Origin: a virus
Taxonomy: Duplodnaviria; Caudoviricetes
Virus record (IMG/VR): IMGVR_UViG_3300037851_000141
Span: 192,001-256,000 of that record
DNA: 64,000 bases
Strand: one strand, 5' to 3'
In this document: positions 56,793 to 64,000 of the stretch, piece after piece
Layout of the letters: each line of letters starts with the position of its first letter
How positions within the stretch are numbered: the first letter of the stretch is position 1
The notes under the pieces: generated by a model
What the model was told of the DNA's origin: nothing
Databases searched by the model: none
Seen by the model: the letters and a program-made list of their open reading frames with translations, nothing else
Program-made: the position numbers and the translations under genes

Positions 56793-56864
56793 GGATACCC
56801 TTTATCTTTAGGAAGCATATTATAGCAACCCGTAAAAAAGGTCAAGAAAATTATAAATACAAAC

Positions 56865-57851
56865 ATGACATTCAAACTATATTACGAATCTACTTCTAAT
56901 AATGAATCTAAGTTATTATCTGCCATAGACTTACTGAAAAAAGAATATGGTCAAGATAATCTATGGGCTGGAAACTGTGGAATGTTCTCGTATGCTTTGT
57001 TTATCTATTTCAATGAGGATCTTAATATTCCACTTAACTTAGGATTCATTTATAGGGGTGATGTTGAGAATTTAACGAATATAGATGAAGCAGATATTTA
57101 TCACGTTTGGGTAGAATTAGATAACTCAAAATACGATGCGAGTGGTAAAATCAATAACGATTATCTCATTAAATTTGCTGAAGAAGAATATGGTGAGCAA
57201 GATCCAGGTTCATTTACTAATATTGATATAACTGAAAAAGAAATCATAAGAAAAATAATATATAATGAAACAAACTGGAATACCGAATGGACTACTTTCT
57301 ACAACACGTTAAAAAAGGCACAGATAACCGAAATGAAAATAGATCCACGATTCGAGAACTTTGGTGATGAAGATGAAGAAGGTTCTCAAGAAATCAAAAA
57401 ATTCCTTGAACTACGTAGATTACAAAAGGGTGGCTGGAAGAAACTTGCTGAAGAACAATATAAAGACTTTAAACTTGAATTGTATAATAAGAAAAATATG
57501 TATGAAGTCTTTGTTACTGACTCAACTGATAGAATTGTTGGACAAACCGAAGCGCAGAAACGTCCACATAAAGGCGTCGAACAGTATCCGCAAGTCCACT
57601 TTACCTTTGTATATAAACCTTTTCATGGGCGTGGAATAGGTTATCAAATGCACCGACTCTTAATTGATACCGTTGGTGGAATTACAAGCGATTTTACTCT
57701 AACTGATGGTTCATATAAACTATTTAAGAAACTAATGAACGACTACAATGTTTCAATATATGATGAAAATGGAACTTTTATCCCATTTCAATCAGATGAC
57801 CACGCTTTAGAAAATAAGAATCGGATTTTCGTCGCAACTAAACCCAATTAG
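56865..57851 (+). CDS. Late protein with C-terminal GNAT-like domain
   Basis: VYKPFHGRGIGYQMH acetyl-CoA motif; TATAAATA at 56852. Confidence 0.6.
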   Translation: MTFKLYYESTSNNESKLLSAIDLLKKEYGQDNLWAGNCGMFSYALFIYFNEDLNIPLNLGFIYRGDVENLTNIDEADIYHVWVELDNSKYDASGKINNDYLIKFAEEEYGEQDPGSFTNIDITEKEIIRKIIYNETNWNTEWTTFYNTLKKAQITEMKIDPRFENFGDEDEEGSQEIKKFLELRRLQKGGWKKLAEEQYKDFKLELYNKKNMYEVFVTDSTDRIVGQTEAQKRPHKGVEQYPQVHFTFVYKPFHGRGIGYQMHRLLIDTVGGITSDFTLTDGSYKLFKKLMNDYNVSIYDENGTFIPFQSDDHALENKNRIFVATKPN

Positions 57852-58617
57852 GACCAGTCGCCTTCCAAGGTTTGATATCATACTCACCACGAATGTACTT
57901 AGTATGAATGTCAATAAGGAAGTTCTCTACCTTGTGATAATCCGGTGATTCTGGCAAAGTCGAAGCTTTATACGCATCATACATTTGCCTATCAACGGAT
58001 TCCAAGATAGCCAATGCTTCCTCCTTAGAATATTTACCAGCACGCATTTCTTTAGCGATTCTTAGATCCTCACCCTCAAGCGTTGGAATGATTTGACCAG
58101 TAGACATAGCAATAGTTGCCTGTCGTCCAAGTCTATAACTATGAACTGCGAATTTTAGATCATACCCATGCGCCGCCACCATTTCAGCCCGTTTACCAGT
58201 TCGTTCCATGCTCTGTAATTTTCTGACTTGGGCGCGATGATAAGCACTATATGGAGCAAACAGTTTCTTCGTAATTGAATTCTCACGAACAAACTTTGCT
58301 ACTTCCAAACCAAGTTCAGTGGTGTGGATATAGAATTCTGGACGAACAAACGCAAACTCAAGAACAGTAGGATTACATTTCATTACACCAAGATGTAAAT
58401 ACTGGCTAATAGAATGTAATACCCCCTCTTCTTTAGTAGGTCCATCAGGTCGTCCATTTGTATATTCTTGTTGTTCAAATCTTTCTAAACCAAGTAATTG
58501 TGGAATTGTTGATAAGCAGAATCCTTTAAAGTCATAATCGGATTCTTCAGTATCAAAACCATAAAGTCTGCTACCAACTCGAACAACATAAAGAGCAAGA
58601 GTTTCGTTGTTAGTCAT
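57838..58617 (-). CDS. Pol-beta-superfamily nucleotidyltransferase (RlaP/PF10127-like)
   Basis: GSRLYG..ESDYDFKG, NPTVLE, GYDLKFAVHSYRL. Confidence 0.8.
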   Translation of the reverse strand: MTNNETLALYVVRVGSRLYGFDTEESDYDFKGFCLSTIPQLLGLERFEQQEYTNGRPDGPTKEEGVLHSISQYLHLGVMKCNPTVLEFAFVRPEFYIHTTELGLEVAKFVRENSITKKLFAPYSAYHRAQVRKLQSMERTGKRAEMVAAHGYDLKFAVHSYRLGRQATIAMSTGQIIPTLEGEDLRIAKEMRAGKYSKEEALAILESVDRQMYDAYKASTLPESPDYHKVENFLIDIHTKYIRGEYDIKPWKATGPNWV

Positions 58618-60476
58618 TCTTTTTCCTTTTCTTTTAGTAATTCTAGCAGCTTTTCACCAATCTCTTTACCTGTGAGTGTTACGTCTGGTGAACCTTTGAT
58701 AAGTTGATCTGCTAGAGAGTATACCCTTGAAACCTTTTTAGTCAAGACTTTTATTTGACGAGACTGTTTAATCATCGCCTCGACAGAAAACGCCACTCGG
58801 TTTATCGGTTCGTATGCCATGACCTTATTATATGGCGAATTTTAGGAAGTCAAGCCTATTTTACTTCCTTAGTTGTCCATCCGCCCATTCCACGACAACC
58901 AGTATCAGTTTTATGCTCTCTTAACATTGGCGGAAGTAAAGAATATTCCATCTGGATCTGACTGTCTTTATTTACAACAATCGTGTCTATTTTTTGGCCA
59001 CATTCAGCACAATAACAATCTAAAGTCACGTTGTTATTGATTAGGAGCATGGTTAGTCCTTTTTTGGTTGACAGATTTCGTCGGCAACCTTAAATCCTAA
59101 GAATGTATAATGTCCTTTTTCATTCTTTTGGTCGCTCCATTTACCAGCTATACGTTTAAGTCCAGCCGCAGTTAGAACTCCATTTATCACACCAAGTAAT
59201 CCAACGGTAACATATGGTTCTAAATTGGCATTAACTACGATATGAGGGTGATCAAGTAGTCCTTTATTGGCTGGAACAACATTTAACAGCAAAGCATGAA
59301 AAGCGTGTGGATCAGCATTATAAGCCGAATTTAGACAATCCAGAATTGCTTCCATTTGTTGATTTAGAATAGTTGATTCCATGATGTTCCTTCTTTTGCG
59401 CAACTCATTTCAATGTCTTTAAGGGCTGAAAAGCATTCATCTATCATTAGGTTTTCACCATAACTATATAATGCTCGGCCTGCCCTACGACGCATGCGAT
59501 CAATAGTGTCACTTAACTCTTTATTTGTACGAGTTATGATTTCTTCAAGTATTTTTTCTTTAAACTCTTTACCGCATCCGTCAGTAGTCAATAGAGAATT
59601 TTTAAGTTCTTCCATTGATGCTTTGGATATGTCGTCTTTGATAGATAGCCACTTAGTTTGGTTACTCATGCGCGTATTTTATCCTGTCTTTAAGAATGTC
59701 AAGTCAAATCTATTTTTAGTTCTTTATGGTCGCAAAGTAGGCAAGTACGTTCAAGATATTCCTCAAAATTGATATTATGACGATGTTCAATCTTTATAAT
59801 AGTCCAATCAGTAAAATCATGTTCGCAGTTTAATCTAATATCTTGTATTTTTCTCCAGGCATCCAACTTAACTTTTTCTATATCTTTATCGCGTTGGATG
59901 AGTATATTATTGATTACTTGGCGTGGGTCGTTTTCCATGATTATTTCCTTTAGAATGTTATTGGGTTGTGGTGATATTCTTCTTCGATTTTTTCGTTTGT
60001 TTCTGGTGGGGTTTCTCTGGTTTCTTTTTTATTACAAGTATAGCACCATCGCTCATATCTTGTTACATATCCAACTATCATTTCCGAATGTACTTTTTTC
60101 CATTTATAGAACGAATCGTGTGGACATTGCGCTTGTATTTCTTCTAAATCTTTACGGTATTTCTTTTTTATTTCGGCACACTCATCTTGAATTTTCCGTT
60201 CTATTTCTTTTCTCTTTTGATATATTTGTTTAAGTTCTTCTACTGACATTTTAGCCCCTTTAATACGTGGAGTTTGTTGACTTTATCTTGATTTTCTTCG
60301 CAATAACTCTTTTCAATATTGGTTCTGAGCGTCCTCTCATCCCAAACGGAATTTACTGGAAACATGCCGTATAGCACTTTTCCTTGTATTTCGCTTTTAA
60401 TAGTCCGCCAAATAGAGTGACTGATTAATGGGCGAATTTTATAGTAAACTGTGTGAACAATATCATTTGTCAACAT
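58614..60476 (-). other. Run of seven small hypothetical CDSs (58614-58820, 58856-59050, 59053-59403, 59364-59669, 59699-59938, 59950-60249, 60240-60476)
   Basis: ORF track; co-directional, short gaps or overlaps, several Cys/His zinc-like motifs. Confidence 0.55.
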
Positions 60477-60967
60477 AATTCTGCTCGTACTTCCATCAAT
60501 ATTTTACCAAGCAGATTAAGACCCCATTCTGAACGAGGTCCGACATTTTCAGCACTAAATCCGATACCCCAAATACGATCACGGGGGTTTGCTTCTACGA
60601 GTTCCAAATTTTCTGTCATTTTTAGGATTTCAAGCAATTTTGGATTTTGGCCAAACTTGAGCATATTGCCGGCTTTTACTATGTTATATCTATTTTCTTC
60701 CCATATTTTTTCATCAAATCCAGCAACTTGTCGTCCTAAGTCTTTACATATACGAGCATTAGTTGTATTACCTATTTTTTCAGCAGTTTCCATATCCTTG
60801 AATAATACGGCTTTCTGTAGCATCATCCATTGTTCACAGCAAACATATCCCCGCCCTAAATTAGAGAAACGACTTGGCCACCATTGAGAAAGTGGGCCTT
60901 TAAGGAATAAAACCGTATCATCCTTAATTGTTGATACTAATATTTTTTCAAGTTGTTCTTTATTCAT
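60470..60967 (-). CDS. NADAR (YbiA-like) ADP-ribose/N-glycosidase
   Basis: LSQWW, EQWMM.QKA.LF.D, K.LGRQV, KFGQN, EANPRDRIWGIG, GLNLLGKILMEVR. Confidence 0.92.
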   Translation of the reverse strand: MNKEQLEKILVSTIKDDTVLFLKGPLSQWWPSRFSNLGRGYVCCEQWMMLQKAVLFKDMETAEKIGNTTNARICKDLGRQVAGFDEKIWEENRYNIVKAGNMLKFGQNPKLLEILKMTENLELVEANPRDRIWGIGFSAENVGPRSEWGLNLLGKILMEVRAELC

Positions 60968-62458
60968 TTGATTTCCTTTTCACTATATTTCCGCAAGTGT
61001 GGGGGTATTTTGATATTTTCTTGGTTTTAGTATTATACATCCAAACTAAAGTTTCTTTTAGGAATGCATGAAATACTAAAAGCAGCTTTATATCTGGATT
61101 TGCTTGATAGTTTTCCACCGATAGCAATTTAAGATTAGTATTGCCAGTTGTTATCTTATTGAACTGTAAAACAACTTCATTTAAGAAATCATTTTGGGCT
61201 TTTTCAAGGAAGTTATTTGCCCATTTTTCTTGAGCATCAGTCATTCTATATGTACTAGAAGCTATCATCATCACCAACTCCTGATCCTTCTTCGAGTTCT
61301 TTATATCCAATTAGCTTAAACTTATCTGTCCATGTCGTATCGCAATCCAGACAATGAACATATAGCAATACAACGTCATCTTCAATATCATAATCTTCAT
61401 CAATTATATTTTTGGTATGACAGATTGGACATTGTTTACCTTCTCTTGCGACATATTGTTTAGACGTGAGTTTCTTTTTACGGACCATTTTGTGGTAATT
61501 TCCTTTGATGGGTTATTATACAAGATCAACCATTGGATTCAAGTGGATATTTTCGATCTAATAGTTTGAGTCTTGTTTTTAGTATATTCTCAAAAAAAGT
61601 AAAATGCTTGCCGGTTAAGTATTTGTCTGCTCTTTTGATATAGTCTGTAATAACGAGTTTTCCTATATATCTTCGAAATTTTAGTTCATGTGAGGTTTTA
61701 TAAAGTTTTAACGAAACATCATAAAATTGTTTAACCTGATTATATATGTAATTTTTATGATTCTTGGGTATCGAACCATCTTCCATCAAATCAACAAAAA
61801 CTTCACAAGCTTTAGTATTTCCGAATGTTCTCTTAATTCCGTCTTTTATTTCCATGTTTCACCAACTTAACCAAAAAATGTTTTCATCAACTGGAAATTC
61901 GGCATCAATCAAAGAGAGTATTTTGTTATATTGGTCATTTCCTTCGCACTCTTTGCTTAGTTGGATTCCAGTATCATTGTGATAATCGCCATCCATCGCA
62001 TCTAATATAACCCCAGCAACGTCTTCCAATTTGTGTTTAGCTTCAATATAATAACATACATCGTAAAAATTATAACAGCCTCGACTTTTCTTAGGTGGGT
62101 CGCATAATGGACAGAAAGCCCGATAATTCATTCTCTTTTTAGTGCCGCATACCTTACAGAATGATTTACCATTTCTCGTTTGTTCTTCATCCCATTCTTT
62201 TTCAGGATCTTGACCATATATAATCTGATTAGATGACCAAGAATAAGATAATCCGCGTCTAAAATATTCTTCCAGGGTATTACACTTTGTTCGACACATT
62301 GTATGGTAATCAATTTCTTCCAGATTCTTCAAAGCATCCAATAACATTTTTTCGTCACCAACATATTTAAGACGAGGATCTACCTTAGAAAAGTAATAAC
62401 CATCTTCAGTTTTTATTACTAATGGTTTATTATCTTTGGTTGTTGCTATTATTTCCAT
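60960..62458 (-). other. Four hypothetical CDSs (60960-61310, 61255-61488, 61526-61855, 61859-62458)
   Basis: ORF track; CPICH and CKVC/CPLC zinc motifs. Confidence 0.55.
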
Positions 62459-62461
62459 AGG

Positions 62462-63073
62462 TCAAACCTCGTCAGAGTTAATGATTTTGATTCCGGCTTT
62501 AGTCATTTCAATAATTGCTTCATTCTCACTACCTACAGGATAATTGACACCACGGCAGGCATCAACAACAACATAGGTTTCAAAATGTTTAACAGCATCA
62601 AGAGCAGTAAACTTCACACAATAATCCGTAGCAAGTCCACAGATATAAACTTTCTTGACCCCAGCATTAAGTAAGAATGTTAATAGTCCGGTGTCATTTT
62701 TGTTATGATTGTCTTGGAATCCACTATAGCTATCAACCGTTGGATCACAGCCTTTATAAAATACTACCGGCGGCGTAAGCAAGTCTGGATGTAATTCGGC
62801 TCCTGGCGTATTTTGTACACAGTGAGCGGGCCACATCATTTGAGGTTGCCCACCTAATGTACCCATAGTAAACGGTTGAGTATTATTGTTTGCCGCAAAG
62901 CTACCATGATCCGCCGGATGCCAATCTTGAGTAGCAACAACTAAGTCATTTCTATCAAAGAATTTACGCATAATCTCATTGGCAACCGGAACGATACTAT
63001 CTCCATCGTTTACTGCTAAAGCACCACCAGGGCAGAAGTCATTTTGTATATCAACCAGAATAAGAGCATTCAT
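62462..63073 (-). CDS. pncA: Nicotinamidase
   Basis: LVDIQNDFCPGG, DWHP..H, WP.HC, KG..DSYSGF, GLATDYCV. Confidence 0.95.
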   Translation of the reverse strand: MNALILVDIQNDFCPGGALAVNDGDSIVPVANEIMRKFFDRNDLVVATQDWHPADHGSFAANNNTQPFTMGTLGGQPQMMWPAHCVQNTPGAELHPDLLTPPVVFYKGCDPTVDSYSGFQDNHNKNDTGLLTFLLNAGVKKVYICGLATDYCVKFTALDAVKHFETYVVVDACRGVNYPVGSENEAIIEMTKAGIKIINSDEV

Positions 63074-63624
63074 GGTGTTCCTCCTTTACTTGGCAACAGT
63101 TTAACAGAATTTTGAGCTAAGTCAACATATTTTCTAATTAAAGTATCGTGAGAAAATGCGAAGTTATATTTACTTAAATCATCAGCGTAAGCCCATTTAG
63201 CGTCAGCAACTTCAATACCATCAATATGTAAATCTGGAAGCGGATTATTGCCTAAATCAATACACATCCCATATCGTAGAGTTATATTCTGTCTATTTTC
63301 TTTTGGGTCAGTGTTCACATACCAAGGCTGTTGTAAATGTGATACAAGGATTTGCTTAAAGTCATTTATATCTAATCCAATTTCTTCATAAACTTCTCGT
63401 CGTGCTGCTTCTGGTCCAGTTTCATTACGATCTATATACCCGCATGGCACACACCACCGGCCAGGATAATCAAGAGCCTTGCCCCGCTGTTCTATTGCGG
63501 TATGTAAAATTCCATCTCTAACCGCAAGTAGAACAACGACTACAGCAACGGATCTTGACAGCCAGACTTCTCGACCGTCAGGTAATATTACTCGTTCATT
63601 AGGCTTATTATTGAATGTTGGCAT
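63070..63624 (-). CDS. Nudix hydrolase (ADP-ribose pyrophosphatase/NrtR-like)
   Basis: Nudix box GYIDRNETGPEAARREVYEEIG; FAFSH. Confidence 0.9.
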   Translation of the reverse strand: MPTFNNKPNERVILPDGREVWLSRSVAVVVVLLAVRDGILHTAIEQRGKALDYPGRWCVPCGYIDRNETGPEAARREVYEEIGLDINDFKQILVSHLQQPWYVNTDPKENRQNITLRYGMCIDLGNNPLPDLHIDGIEVADAKWAYADDLSKYNFAFSHDTLIRKYVDLAQNSVKLLPSKGGTP

Positions 63625-63632
63625 GTTATTTC

Positions 63633-64000
63633 CTATTTCCTACAGATTGGGAACCTACGACCGATACCAAACGATACTGGACTGATCTTGACGATTGGAG
63701 CAGTTTGACGACGTTTATATTCAGCTATGTTAATAATCCGAATAATCCTGTTATAGTTCTGTTCGTCAATATCATCCGACTTACGGCATTTCTTGAAGGT
63801 ATCAAAGTTGTCAATCCGTTCTTCAATATATGCTTGACAGATACGATCAAGAATAGGATACGGCAACAAACTATCTTCATCAAACTGACCAGGAGCCAAT
63901 TCAGCACTTGGTTTCTTTTCAATTATCTCAGTTGGAATATGCGGTCCAAACTTTTCATTGATATGCCGGCACAAATCAAACACTTCCATCTTGTATAAAT
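63633..64000 (-). CDS. nadE: NAD+ synthetase, C-terminal part (gene begins beyond window)
   Basis: Frame open to window end; LYKMEVF, KPSAELAPGQFDEDSL..YPILD, AEYKRRQ. Confidence 0.9.
   Translation of the reverse strand, partial: LYKMEVFDLCRHINEKFGPHIPTEIIEKKPSAELAPGQFDEDSLLPYPILDRICQAYIEERIDNFDTFKKCRKSDDIDEQNYNRIIRIINIAEYKRRQTAPIVKISPVSFGIGRRFPICRK

Noticed and set aside
806-63998. Numerous 60-140-aa antisense or overlapping track ORFs (e.g. 806-1225, 23340-23888, 37973-38293, 60453-60887, 63615-63998)
   Set aside because: They lie inside well-supported genes on the other strand or frame, lack an RBS, and have Ser/Leu/Phe-rich shadow composition.
1-64000. Eukaryotic giant virus origin (PARP, EXD2-like, zinc-repeat nuclease)
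   Set aside because: Shine-Dalgarno sites, sigma70 promoters, sigma factor, IF3, deformylase and PAAR indicate a bacteriophage.

Overview
AT-rich, densely coding 64-kb segment of a large (jumbo) tailed bacteriophage genome, read in the standard genetic code. Phage evidence: T4-like TATAAATA late-promoter motifs, a PAAR spike tip, tail-fibre-like proteins, many short ORFans and no host-style housekeeping operons. A membrane-anchored prenyltransferase-like protein hints at a Planctomycetota/PVC host (inference). Contents: (i) tRNA/translation module with a split RlmN-like radical SAM methyltransferase, CCA-adding enzyme, IF3, peptide deformylase, PTH2 and five tRNA genes. Two tRNAs (Thr-UGU, Gly-UCC) carry short anticodon-loop insertions that themselves fold like tRNA top halves, and three copies of an unassigned structured RNA are interleaved with the tRNAs. 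(ii) NAD/ADP-ribose module: WGR-PARP, macrodomain, NADAR, pncA-Nudix-nadE. (iii) Mobile nucleases: transposase-less RHH+TnpB cassette in the tRNA array, complete IS607, HTH plus zinc-repeat endonuclease. (iv) Regulators: ECF sigma factor, histidine kinase plus receiver. (v) Nucleotide/DNA metabolism: RecQ, dCMP deaminase, GMP reductase, UvsE, DNA methyltransferase. All calls come from motif recognition and manual base-pairing; no database searches or folding programs were run.
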